Made by a program: the position numbers and the translations under genes. From Utricularia gibba (Eukaryota > Plantae > Magnoliophyta): a stretch of 64,000 nt of DNA. This document shows, in pieces, positions 34,481 to 48,086 of the stretch (positions within the stretch are counted from its first letter, which is position 1; every line of letters begins with the position of its first letter). The notes under the pieces are model-generated. The model had not been told where the DNA came from. It saw only the letters and a program-made list of their open reading frames with translations, and searched no databases. The stretch lies in the NCBI GenBank assembly GCA_002189035.1, contig NEEC01000004.1:2790001-2854000 (forward strand), given 5' to 3'.

Positions 34481-35988
34481 AATTGTGTATCATTATAAAA
34501 CATATTTTTTTTATCATTCTTGAAGGTTGTTTTTACTTGCCTTATACTCTAATTTTTCATTATTTTTGATTGATTTTGTATCTTTTACATTAATTTGATT
34601 TTTTTTTAAAAAAAGAAAGCACATTTTGCAAAATTTTATGACATTTTCATATCAATTTGAGAAAAAATCAACACCTAAAATTTTTTTGGGCTTGAGAGGT
34701 TACAAATTTCAACCTAGAATCGATTGAAAGATAAAAAATTGCTCCAAGATTCATAAATAAGTAAAAATTTAGATAAAAAATTGGATAAAAAATTTTATCC
34801 AAACCTATCATGCAAATTTATCATAAATGCTCAAATCTTTTCTTCTATAAATATCTAAGTCACTGAAGCATTAGAAATGTATTTGATTACTTTTTTATTT
34901 TATTTTCTTTTTGTATTTATTTTTATATTAAAGTCAAACATTCATGTGCAGGCATTTATGGTTTGTCATCTTCGGTGAAACTTTGATTGCATAAGTCTTG
35001 ATGCATATGAATATTTTATTATATTCTTCAAAATTTAATTTGAAATTTGATTTCATTTTTTGTTATGTTTTTTTTATCAACATACTCAATATTACAGAAT
35101 CTTAAGGAAATATGGGAGAGTTTCATATTAGTTTCAAGTATTTAAGAAGAAGGATTTAATTAGATATCATTAGTAAGACACATTCAGTCTAGTAATTATA
35201 GGGGTTAAGATAGAAAACGAATCTTCACTAGTAATTATAGTAGGGACATATTTAACTTGATATAAATGAACATCAAAATAAAACTTTAGAACACTAATAA
35301 CATTGTTATTCAACATAGATTGTTTCAAATTATCCTCCCCTTTACATGGATTAGATGTTTGTTTCATATATGACAATTCAAATTAAAAATTGAACCACCC
35401 TTATCATACTCATAAACAATAGCATAATACTTAAATGTTATATCTTTTTTAATATATCTTACTTGAAATGTTCATCAACATGGCGTAGTCCTTCCTCTTG
35501 CTTAATGACAAAGTAGGATAACAAATTGATGAATTTGAAGGCTCATTTGCCATCTTCATGTTTATAAAAAGAGTTAACCAACTATGCAGCAAGATTTGGA
35601 TGGAAGAATTAAGCAAATTTAACATCAGAATAAGAAAAAGAACATGAGAATAAGCTCTTGATCAAAAGTCACATTCAAGAGAAATAAATTTCACAACATT
35701 GCAGCAACACGAGAATAAGAACAAGCACTGAAACAAAATAATTGAGAAAATCATTGAGAAGCTATGGCAAATAGTAGAGGGTAAGAGGGCTGTTGCAAGT
35801 CCTCGAGTGATGTGCAACAATATAGAAGGTAGTTGCGTGATGTCATGTGCAAACAGCCGTTCTAAATTTATTCCACGGCTGGAAGTGTTTGTTCCTCTGG
35901 TACAACTTCTGCTCCTAGAACAAGTCCCACCAATGGAGTGCTCTACTTTTTTTTTTTTTGGTTTTCCTTTCATAGTCATTTAGAACAC

Positions 35989-37142
35989 TGATAAACTAAA
36001 AATTTACACACGTCGTAAATATACAAACTCTTCAATCAAATAAAATTATATACCTAATACACATTCAAACATAATGCAATTATGAAAAATAGTGATTAGG
36101 GTCAAACATGAAAAACATGTGCTTGTCATGTGATTATCAATATATGTAGTCAGTGTTACGTTGATAGATTAAATCTAAACTAAGACTAAGATAGATTTAT
36201 GTTAAAGTACAATAAAGAAAAGCAATAAAGTTTTGAACTCGCTTGTACGTTAAATGAGATGGGTAGTGTTTTGAGATTCTTAGGGTTAACATGCAAATTG
36301 CTACAACTATTCCTTTTAAACCATAGATCATTCACATAACAAGCAAAGGCCTAAGTCTATACAAACCTTTATTTTTCCTAATTTTTTGTCTACCTCTAAT
36401 TAGGGTTGTTCTAGTATGTTTCACTATTTCTCCCTCCTGAATCTAGCCTGGTTTGTAAGAAAATAATGTGATACTTGGTTAATTTGGTTTAGTGAACTAC
36501 AACCTTGTTAACCCCTTTACCTCAAGACACCACTAGATGCTTTGCTTTAGCGACTCATGATAAGGAAAAAAAAACGTTTTCATGACATTTCATAATCACC
36601 ATTCTGGTCTCAAAGTTAAACAATAGTAGAGAATGCATAACAAAGCGTAAACAAAAAAGCGTTCACATAGAAAAATTAAAAACTAATCTCACCTAAGAAA
36701 AATGTTCTTCAAGAGTAGAAGAAATCTTCCAAAGGGAACTCGTTTTCCTGAATTGTCTTGCGATTATTTTCTCCAATCCTTCTCCCCAGAATTCTCTGAC
36801 ATGTTCTCCAATGTTCAAGACTTTCTCCTCTCTTTCCCATCATTTCCAAAAATCATTTTCTTCTCTTCCTTATGATTTGGTTGTAATTTCTTCAACTTTT
36901 TGTTCATATCCTCTACAATTTCATTGTGCTCTTTTCAGCTTCTATGGAATTGAGTTAGTCGACAATTGCTGCATTCCTCCAGGAAATAATTAAAACTAAA
37001 AACGATTTAGTCCCGACTAGGAATAAAACACGTGACTGCAGTATTAGTCACAAAAGCAAAGAAATTCATGGTAGAACTTGAGTTTTGTGTCAAAATATTA
37101 GACATTTTTCTACTCTTAAATACTCAAAATTATGTGTTATTA
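35989..37142 (-). repeat. Solo LTR, family B (1154 bp)
   Basis: TGATAAAC...GTGTTATTA (decayed CA end); perfect TSD AACAC at 35984-35988 and 37143-37147. Confidence 0.88.
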
Positions 37143-37629
37143 AACACCAAGGGTGTTTATGTCATTTCGATTTGGTTTAACTCCTCACTATTACAATCAT
37201 CTGATTTTTAACTTCTCATTGAGAACTTCTCTTATACCTGTTAATCATTCTCGAGCAATACAAAATACGACACCCCCATTTTTTGACAAAGAAACGCTCA
37301 CCTCTTGGGGCTGCCTCATTGGCCAAGTGGTTGGGCTCCTTTGATTCACATTAGAGGCCATGGTGAAATCCCTTATTGAAAGTATCACCAAGATACACGT
37401 GAAGCAAAAAGACATAAAAAGGACAAATTATAAGCATGTAATTCAAATCATATAATTGATTCAAGGTATGAACTGAATGAAAATGTAAGAAGTACTACCA
37501 TCACAACCAAAGAAGAACCCTGAGCTCCTCAATGTAGTTTCATTGAGATGCAAGAGGGATTTAATAGCCTGTTATCTAGGATTTATGACTAAGATCAATA
37601 GATTAGAGGAAAAGAGTTGGAAGTTATAT

Positions 37630-39948
37630 TGATATCACAAGTTTTTCAATGTCTGAGGACTACGAAATGAGTAACATTATGTTATTAAATTGGTGTTTTA
37701 TTAGATATTTCTGTATTTTCGTGATTAGGAGCATTATTTAAGTTTTTAGTCTAAATTGGGATTAAATCCAAGTCCCAATCTTTGTTTTAATTACTTTCTT
37801 TTAGCAATGCAACACATTTTGAACAATGCAAATCCCAATGAGCTAAAAATGTGTAGTGGAGATGGCAGATAAATGCAAACAAAAGCTGAAAATGGACGAT
37901 ATCAAATCCCAAGGTGGAAGAAAAAGAAGATTTTGAGAATAATGAGAGAGATAAAAATATCTCAAACACTTTGACAACACACACAATTATGGAAGGGGAG
38001 GAGGAGGAAATCGTAGAAGAACCATGAAGAACAAGGAAGACAGAGTAGAAGAACTCAATTACACTTGAAGAATTTCTTTTTAGGAATACTACTTCTAACC
38101 AGGAGTAGCTTTAACTTTTCGTTTATGTTTATGTTTTTGCTTCCTTCCTTATTGTAATGTTACATGAACATGTTTCGAATGCAATATTATGAATGTGTTT
38201 TCTTTTATTTCAACATGAGTGACTAAATACACGTAATGCTTTGAGATAGAAGGAAGTATGTATGATTGTTGCTTATTAGACTACATTAGCTCAGTAATCA
38301 TACCATTTTCTTATCAAACTAGAATAGACCTAGGAGTGAGAAGTAGTTATGTTCATCATAATTAACCTAATTAGAAGTAGACCAAAAGTTACAAAAATCA
38401 AGGATTTGGGTAGACTTGAATCCTTGTATTAATAGATGAATGATTATTGATAAACGAAAATTGTGCAAGTCGTTAATTGCAAATTTTCCGATCAAATAAA
38501 TTTATAACCTAACCCACATTCAAAACAATTATGAGCATAGTGATTAGGGTCGAACACGAAGAGCAAGTGCTTGCTATGTGAAAGTTGATGCACGAAACTA
38601 GTGTCACGTTGGTAAAATTGATCTTAGCTAGGACTAAGGCAGAACTAAAACGAAATACAGTAAATAAAATAACAAGTTCTAGAGTTCGGTTGTTTCTGGA
38701 ATGGAATGGGTGATGCCTGGGGACTCCTAAGGGATGTATGCATATCACTAAACAAGCTCACATAAATCAAAAATCATTCAACTAACTCACAAGATCTAAG
38801 TCTACCCGGATTCTTGTTTTTCCCCCTAATCTTTGGTCTACCTCTAATTAGGATTGTTAGTTGGGTTTCACTACCTTCCCCTCCTGGATCTATCCTGGTT
38901 TGCTAAAGAAGTAGTGTGAATTATGATTTATGAGGTCTAAAGATGGATTAGCATATTTCTCCCCTTCTCACTCCAAGGCATCCTCCTCTAAGTGCTTAAC
39001 TACTCATGGTAATGGAAAGTAAAACACCTTCATAGCAGATACTAAGCAACATCTTGGTTACAAATGCTAAACAACAACGAGCAATATGAAGCAAAAGTAC
39101 GACAAACACTTCGTTCACATAGGAAATCCAAATCTAGTGTTAGCTAGGAATAGTAAACATGAAGAACGAAAATAATTTCTCAAGAGAATCTGTGTTCTTC
39201 TGGTTCGTCATCCCCTCCTTCTTCCTCTAGAAAAATCTCCAGAAACTTGTCTTAAGTTTCCAAAGGGAGATTTGCTTCTCTCTCTACCTTTCCTCCCTTT
39301 TTGTCCAAAATCTTCCTTTTTCCTCCTTGGATTTTGTGTGTACCACTTTTCAGACATTTGGACTCATCTTCTGCCACTACACTGTGCATATTCGGCTCCT
39401 TGGGATTCATGTTGCGACCTGCACTGCATTGCTCGAGTAAAACTATTAGAAGGTTCAGACTAAATCGTAGATTTAGTCCCAACTAAGACTAAAATAACAC
39501 AATTGCGGTACTTATGCGCAAAAATATAAAATTAGGTAGTAAAACTAAATTTTTGTAGCACAATATGAATCTTTTCCATGCACTCAATCACTTAAAAATA
39601 TGAGTTATCAATTATCAAGTTGGATAGTTAAGTGTCGTAATGATCATATCACTCTTGAAAGCTTCAAGATATTGCATTACTTTATTCTAGTTAATAGTAT
39701 AATTTTCCTGTTATTTCTTTATTCCCTTTTATTGGAAACTTGCATTAGTCATAGATTAGATTAAATCTTTCAACTGTGATAAAAATAGAATGTATTAACC
39801 TTCACATAACAAGCATTTAGCGCCTTGTGTTCGACTCTACTCCACTTTACTCATATTTTTTGAATGATTAGTTGTGAATTAGAATTATAAATTTTATTTG
39901 ATAAGAGAATTTACAATTTAATGACATTGTATAATTTTTCGTTTATCA
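37630..39948 (+). repeat. Solo LTR (Athila-like, ~1150 bp net) containing a nested solo LTR; inserted in an Athila gag remnant
   Basis: TGATATCAC...TTCGTTTATCA termini; TSD TATAT (37625-37629) / TATAC (39949-39953), one mismatch. Confidence 0.75.
38448..39610 (-). repeat. Nested solo LTR, family B (1163 bp)
   Basis: TGATAAACG...GAGTTATCA termini; perfect TSD ATTAT at 38443-38447 and 39611-39615. Confidence 0.9.
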
Positions 39949-40380
39949 TATACATAGCGATAATGAAGTTGACAAAGAAATTTTTCACGAAAATCCAAAT
40001 GGTTCCTCAGTCTACAAAGCTATCACCCCCATACCACTTAAAAATGCTAAAGAGAAGGAATTGCAAGAACTTCATTAAACCAAGCCATTAGTTATCACCT
40101 TTTCCAATAAGGTGGACTTAGATTGTTTATGGAGATGATGAAGAAGGTCAATATAACTATTCCCTTGATAAATATTATTGAGTATTTACCAAAATATGCA
40201 AAGATTTTGATGGGCTTGTGGGACTTATAGAAAAAAGCAAAGGTGGAATAAGTGATCTCTTTGACCGAAAACATTTTAACCATTATTTAAAAAAGAATTT
40301 CAAGAAAACATAAAAATCCTGATATATTTTTTTTATTCCTATGATTATTGGAGAAAACAAAAATTTCAGGTGACATGTGC
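39949..40380 (+). pseudogene. Athila gag/protease linker remnant
   Basis: MMKKVNITIPLINIIEYLPKYAKIL matches the Athila KKL.INIP..EAL.QMP.YAKFL pattern. KNPDIFFIPMIIG resembles DPGSF.IPC.IG. Confidence 0.65.
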
Positions 40381-40579
40381 AATTTTAGAGCTTTAATTAA
40401 TATCATATCTAGATTTCTTTACTTTTTTCATTAATTAACTGATAGATTACATATTAAATTTGATGGTATAATTGATTATGTGTTTGTTTATTAGAGATTT
40501 AGTTTTACCTGCTACTTTTTTGGTTATTCTCATGAAGAGTGAAAAGATGTATGATCTGGAAGTTTATCATTTTGGGATG

Positions 40580-41036
40580 TGTTAAGGGCAAAAATCGGCA
40601 CTGAAGTTGGAACCGATTTTCGGGTTCTAGAGTTGGTCGGATGTGCCGAATCCGGGTATGGATTTAATGTTTTGTTTGGTGCGATTAATGAAAATAAAGA
40701 AGGACAAAGATTTTTTACGTAGAAACCACAGGAGAACGGGAAAACTATGGAGCTGTCGTAGCTCGCCGAAAAATATCTTCACTAGATGGGATTGGGGAAT
40801 ACAAGTTGGAGGGCTTAGAGTCGAATCCTTCTCTCTTCAGAATTTCTCCTTCTTATAGAAGAGGTCGATCTGACCGAATTCTGAATTTTGTAGATGTCAG
40901 TTGCTTCCAATGTATGTACTATGATCTTACTTTTCAGATGATCGATGCCTGCTCTACTATAATTCGGCCACTTTTCAGAGCACCTTTTGGCAGCTTTTTA
41001 GGTGCTAATTAACCTCATTTGATTTGTACCCCATCA
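40580..41036 (-). repeat. Solo LTR, Tat-like family D (457 bp)
   Basis: TGTTAAGGG...TACCCCATCA termini; TSD GGATG / AGATG (one mismatch). Collinear with 17574-18118. Confidence 0.8.
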
Positions 41037-42877
41037 AGATGATTATTTATAGCCACTATGGGTACTAAAATTCATATCCTAGAAGCAACAGTTTCCTTAC
41101 AACTGGATGTACTAAACCTACATAAAATGTGGATTTTTATAAATCCGTGTGCATGTCCTTAATTAGAATTTAGAAAATTTGATGTGTTTATTTTATCTTT
41201 CAAATCAAACACATATTTTTTCACTAAACCTACGAGAATCTAGATTTCTGCATGAATATCAAGTAAGGCCTTAGAGTTTTGATGGCCAACACACTCTCTC
41301 AAACCTTTGAGGCATTCACATTTTTAGTTTGGTGAATTTAGGTTTAGGAAATTCACATATTATTACTTCTAATTTCACATCTTCTTATTAAGTTATTGTT
41401 AATTTTAATGAGAATTATTAACGAATGTGCTATTGAAAAATACATGAACTTATTATCTTACAATCACTAGTTTCTTGTATTCGGTTCCAAAAAATATTTG
41501 TGTATTCGAGATTCTAAATTTTTATTTGATGCTTTCAGTGTATCTGTTTTACTACTTTGAATAAGTCAAATTAGTCTGTCACATAGATTCTAGCTGCTAG
41601 GCAATTCCTCATCTTAAGGCATGTAGTTAGATTTTTGCATCTGATTTCTTCCATTTTGTCTTTGTATGACTATGTATAACGCCTTCTTCAATAATGAAGT
41701 GGAAGCTACTTTCTTCGATTTGCGAAATCTTATCAATAATTTCTACCATTGCACTGTTATTTACATAGGCTTTTCGAGGTATGTATTTCACATCCTTGTG
41801 CAATTAAAGTTGGGGGTGAAACGTTAGAAGAGATTGGGCTCAATGAACATAAACCACAATCAACACTCTTAGAGATCAATTGTGAACATCCATCCAACGC
41901 AACGAAATTAAGTAAAGGGCATAACAATTTAACAAGGAAAACCTCTGAACCTTGCAAGCAAATCCGTTATCTTCAGATTCACCAATAGGTTGGAATATGA
42001 ATAGAAATGTTCAGATCAGTGGCAATGGCACACTTATTGATTACAACTCAGTTTTCCCCTCTGAAAATAGAATTGCAGACACTTAGGTGCATTTCGTTGA
42101 TGTGAAAGGGCTTAACTTGGGTTTACTTTATTTGAGTTTAAATATAAATATTTTGAGTGTGTAAAAAGTAATTTATGTTTGGTTCATGAATTTAAGTTTA
42201 AAATCAAAACACTTTTGAAATGAATAGAGTAACCTTCACTTAATTTAAAAAAAAAGCAAGTTTAATGCAACATTATATAGAATGGTACGGCATGTTGCAT
42301 AAATGTATAATTCTCAACAAGCCTCGTTCAAAACCTCATAGAGTGGCACGTGATGCTGCATTAAGTTATACTTGTCTACAAGTCTAATTCATCTTAAATA
42401 ATACCTCCAAATAAATGCCTCACTCAACTCTTTCTTCCATCGTCCCTAACCCATGCTTCACTTGCTACTCTTTTGTTACAAGTATTTCAAAGCCAACAAA
42501 TAACAATAAGCAATCACCGATTCACATTTTAAATTATCTGCAAGCCATATAATACAAATGAAAAAATCAACTTGTAGTAAAATAAGCAATTTCATATAGT
42601 CATTACAAATTTTCATTTAATAAACATCTAGTGCAGTCTCTAAAAATTATCAATTTCATATTTTAATTCTATACAAGGAAAAATCTAAGTCAAATCAAAA
42701 TGGTGTATTATCATACTAAAAATAATCTGTAGTAAGCATCGTATAATCATAGATATAGTATTTGCCTACAACTACTAATTACAATTAACTCTTCCTCATA
42801 ATTAATCTTCTTCTTTTTCTTCTATGCCTTTTATTTTTCCCTTCAAATTCATTGGTTTTCTCATCATGTTATCATTA

Positions 42878-44245
42878 TGATAACACACGAATTTTCCTAT
42901 TATTAGAATGAAAAAATTATGTTTTTGAATCATGTTTTAAGTATTTATCTTATAGTTTTTAGTATTTTTACCAAATTTTAGGATATAATGTGATTTTATG
43001 TGTTAATGGGCTAAATCCTTTGATTTAGTCCATCTCATGTTATTAACATTTTGTCTAGTCTAGTAGCAAAGTTCTAAAATCAGGGAGGAGACATGAATTT
43101 CATGCATGTAGAGATTTGAAAGAATGAGCAGCATTAAAAGAGGAGACATAATGTACTGTTCAGCCATCCACAGTCTACAGGTTCAGGCCAGGAACAGTAT
43201 AGATGTTAGGAACAGTAGACTGATTTTGAAAAATGGAAAAAAGATGTGAAGATATTTTTGGAGGGGGAAAAGGAAGAGAACGAAGGGCAGACTCGACGAA
43301 GGGGCTTCTCCCCCAACACGACGAGTACTGAACCAGGAGAGGAGAAGAAGATCTTCATCCTCAAGAACAGCATAAGAGCCCAATCCAATGCTACTGTTCC
43401 GGCTAGGGAACAGTAGCAGACGGAAACCAGAACTCTTACTGCTTTATTTTCGTTTGTTGATGTTTTTCAGTTTCTGCAACCAACTCTTTCATGATGTTCT
43501 TGACCTTTTCGTTGCTTTATGTTAATGTTATCATGTTTTACCTTCAAAGTATGAGTAGCTAAAGACTTAGGGATGTCTTAAGGTGAAGTATGGTGGTGTG
43601 TGCTTAGGGTTAATAATGAAATTTATGTGTGTTCCTTAACTCTTGTTTCTAGCAAACCATGGGTAGACCTAAGGAGGGAAACAAGTAGTTTCACAAGTTA
43701 GAAGCTTGGTTTAGAGGTAGATCAACAAATCAAGACGGGAGCAGTCGGTGTCAGTCTAGGGTAGAACCAGTAGAACCGGGTAAACCTAGTTCTATATACC
43801 TTGCATGCGGGTAGACCTAATTGCAATGTTGGTTATGATATTGGTTATTTGAAGTTGTGAGTGTAGGAAGATGGTAAATTGAGTTAAGAACCTTAGCATA
43901 ACACCACCTACAAATCCTTAAGGCGTCTTAATATTATTCTAAGTTAGAACCAGTACCTGCTACCTTTAGCGTTGAGACCCAATATTGCTTACCAACCTTG
44001 TTTACTGAACTTGTTTACCACTGTTAATCCGAGCTTAGACTAAGACCTACTATTATCTGAAATCATGCATTTACTAAAACACTTAGCATTCACAAGCTCT
44101 TCGTGATCGACCCCGATATCCACTATGCAAGTTTTCTAAATTTGCATTTTGTGTAGATTAGGGATTATAAATTTATTTGATAACGAAATTTCTATTTTTA
44201 CGAAATTTCTATTTTTGCAACGACATTAGAAATTTTCGTTTATCA
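42878..44245 (+). repeat. Solo LTR, family A (1368 bp)
   Basis: TGATAACAC...TTCGTTTATCA termini; TSD CATTA / TATTA (one mismatch). Internal ~17-bp tandem duplication ACGAAATTTCTATTTTT near 44183-44216. Confidence 0.88.
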
Positions 44246-46806
44246 TATTACTTTTAAATATATTGTCACCATTCTCAACTTCTTGATATAATAATAGAAT
44301 TTGTTTATCATTAATGCTAAAATGGTCCATACCTAAAGAACATTCTCTTCTAAAACATAAATACATCAGTGAAAAGAGTAACACATCAATAAAAAGGATA
44401 ATGATTTCTGATGAATAATAATGAAATAATCATAACAGCACATATTCCAAACTGCATATATCTGATGGAGTTGCTCTTCTTACTACAATACCTTTCATTC
44501 AGAATCTGAAAACAGCACTCAATTTAATTTAATACAAATTCAATCTGAAAAAAAAAAAAAACAGCACTCCTAGCTTGCCATATCCAACAGCCGAGTCGGA
44601 AGAAGAGTTTTTTTATCATCGATGCACCGGACTACAAATAAATTAATAATAAAAATCAGAACAGAAAAATCGATTGGTGCATCAAAGCAAATACAAGAAC
44701 AACTCGATCTTCATAACCATAGTGAAGAAAGAAAAATCAAATAAAGGGTATTTGTCGTAAATCTTCAATTGAACTCCAGTATTGAAGAAGATATGCATAT
44801 GAAAAGGGCAAAAATGGATTACGTGAATCGTGTTTACATAAACCCACCCTTCCCTCCAGTTGATGTAAATTAGCTGTATAAGCAACAGGTGGATTTGTTT
44901 AAACCCACCTAAACAAACTCTTCTGTAACTCACGAGTCAAATGTGGATTCAGAGCTAAACCCAACTTTAAACGCACGTAAAATCCTTTCTCTATTCTCAT
45001 GTCATGGAGGGGCCAATTTGAATTGTCTAGCTTATATTTTGGGCCGGTTCTTGATAACGGAGACCACCTCATTAACATTTTCTACAGGCTCAACATAACT
45101 GTGATTATTTAAAAAATTAATTTGCATGTTTTTATTTTTTTACGTCGTACATGCAACAATGATCTCACAAACATTTTCTGTTCTCTTGATCTCAGGACAA
45201 CTAAATGATTGGCCTAAACTTCAATCCAAATCATTTACCAATAAATCATTCGTACACACTTCAAAACAGAAGATTTAAAAAAAGAGAGATACCAAGAATT
45301 CAATAAAAAAAAAAAAGGATCTGAATTCGGCCTCCTCCTAAATAAGAGAATGTTTGTATCGTTCCCAGGTGACAAAATGCTTTAGAGCCTGGACAGGTTA
45401 ACGCATCCCCCTTTTCTCCATCTTTCATATATTCCCTGCCTATCCTCTTTGTGTGTGTCTGTGTGTTTTAAATCTCAAGGCCGCGTTTGGGGGTTTAAAA
45501 AAAAAAATGAGAAGATGCAAACAAAGATAGCAGGAGATGGTCCTCCAAGAATCTGATGCCCCCGATACATGTAGTATCCGAGCTATGTTGTGTATATCCA
45601 ATGGAACGCGGCAGGCATCCCGGTTCACGGTCCAGGCGAAGCTATATATATGCTCACATTTTTTGCTCATACAAACCAATAACCTACTACCAAACACTAG
45701 TTTTTTTTATATGAGTAGAAAGAAGCATAGACTTGTCTTTCAACTCAAAATCGTATGCAACACTTGCGACGGGTTTGCTTGTTTATTGAAATCGGGTTTA
45801 AAAATTTTACGTTTGTTAATTTCTTTAAATCAAGAGACAGCTTTATTTTAAATAATGATTTTTTAAAAAATAAAAAAGGAAGTGAGTGTTTTTAAATAAT
45901 TATTTTTTGATAATTCTACACCGAAATTTAAGAGCTTCTACACAAGCAAAAACCTTTCTTTCTTTCCCAAATTCGCTATCCATTTGGCTCCTTGCTATGT
46001 TTTCTTCACACACAAACACTATGCTTTTGGCATCCTATTGAAGCATTTCTCAAATTATGTTTTATTACAATTGAAGGGTAAACTGTCTTTTAATAACTTT
46101 TATACAAAAATACACAAACATCTATCAAATATTTACTTAAAACTAAAATCCACAAATATTTTTTATAATTAAAACAAGTTTTAATATATCCAACTTTAGT
46201 TATACTGATTACCAAACATATCCTTACTGTTTTAATCATTTTAAGTGCACATATCCCATATACACATGGGTCACCTTGGTCACATGCATGTTTTCAAAAT
46301 TATTTTTGTAAATTTTTCTCTCATTTGAGTTATTTTAATAAAATGAATTCTAATATTATTTTCATTTATTTTAAACATACATTTGCAAAATTTATATCTT
46401 TAATGCACTTGTCAATTTTAGGCATATGAAGCATAATTATCTAAATATGATAATTTTTTAATACATTATTAGTTAAATTATTTCTATTAAAAAGTTCTCT
46501 TCATATGATTTTAGATCATGTTTCTTGACTCTATTTTCGCATTCTCCCTGCTAAATCCATCTTGTATTCGCTCTCTTTTCCTTGTATCATTTGTTTCATT
46601 CCTAATAAACACTGTAAACAAAAAAAAAACATATATAGAGAAATATGACATTTTTAAATCCACTGATGCACTCAGCGTTTCAACATCCAAGCTTGATTAT
46701 TAGGTAAAATAATAATAATATACACATTGGATGCTACCTTCATCCGAACATGGCATTAGATGCTTCCTTCATCCAAAGCCACCCAACACTAAGAACATAT
46801 TCCTCA

Positions 46807-46837
46807 CACGTGGATAAAAATACCGTTATCCCACGTG
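46807..46837. promoter_or_regulatory. Candidate cis-element: inverted pair of G-box + GGATAA motifs ~1.9 kb upstream of APL
   Basis: CACGTGGATAA-AAATACCG-TTATCCCACGTG. Function not demonstrated. Confidence 0.35.
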
Positions 46838-48062
46838 GGCCTGCGTTAAAATACTAAATCATTTGTTTATATTTAACAAATTGTGAACAATGCACACTCG
46901 ACTTGTAACATAAATAAAATCACTTCAAAACGAAAATCTGGTTAAATTGAACACCCTTATTATGGTAACACAATTTTGAATTAAAAAAGTCCATGCAAAC
47001 TAAATTTGTGCATACATATTTTCTTCCAGGGTAACTTTTTCTAATTATTAAAACATTATTATTATATACATACAAGTAAAGCAAAGAAGGTTTAAAAAAA
47101 AAGGCGAGGGTGAATAGGGGCCACCTCAAAGGGGAGAGAATATATTCATGGAATAAATTCCTTGGCAGAAGGAGCAAGATGCTTGTAATGCAAGCACGCA
47201 AGTGTATGTTTAGTATTCTTTTTCTATATGATTTTAATAAGGTTTGGATTTCAGTATGTCTGCATCTACCCTTACGTAAAATTGAAGTTGGATAAATGGT
47301 AAAGGTATGGTGATTCTATTTAAAAACAATATATTTGATTTTTGACTTAAGTCTTTTGTTTTGGGTTTAACGAGCCGGCAATATGCAATGCCTTGAGTTG
47401 GATTTTGAAGAGTTGAGTTTGTGTTTAAGATGTTGAGGGAGGAATCTTTGCTTTAGTTCTCAAAGAAGGAAGAACTGATTCTCTTGGAAGAAAGGGGTGG
47501 ATAGCTAACACCCCTTGGCTCCAGCGTGTGTGTAATTACGTTTCTACCCTGTATCACAAGCCTGCCATTGACTAGCATGAACTCCCTCTCCCCTTTTAGG
47601 GTTTGTGTCCGAAATCTATAAACCATTACCATGCTGTTTTGGTTCTCTGATAAAAGTAACAATTGGACATGTGCTGGCAGCTTTGTTTCCTAAGATAGGA
47701 GATTTGTTACATTTGCATGCCAGTATTGAAAATTTAAATCTGAATGTAATGTAAACTTTAGTTTTGTTACCCGTATAGGTTATTTGAAAATATCCTGATC
47801 TTACTAATCTCTTTTCACTCTTATAGATATCAGCCTTTATGATTTTTGATATGTCAAACATGAAAAATTTTCAAATCCAAGTAAATTAAACCAATCGAAT
47901 ATCATACAGAAATCTAAACCACTTATTTCCTGACCACGTTACCAAAGGGATCCTAGATGCAAAAGCACACTGATATTTTCAACGAGTTTATAATTCTATT
48001 CGATTATCTTTGAAATTTACTTTCACAATAATTGTGTGTGGTTGAAGGGTTCAGGTGCATCT

Positions 48063-48086
48063 GCATGCATGCATGCATGCATGCAT
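48063..48086. promoter_or_regulatory. (GCAT)6 tract = overlapping RY motifs (CATGCATG), ~640 bp upstream of the APL ATG
   Basis: Six perfect GCAT units. The RY motif is the established B3-domain (ABI3/FUS3/VAL) site; function here is inferred. Confidence 0.45.

Noticed and set aside
33959-34807. CAGGTTTGG / CCAAACCTA as TIRs of the hAT remnant
   Set aside because: The flanking 8-mers (TATTTATC vs TCATGCAA) do not form a TSD and the match is short.
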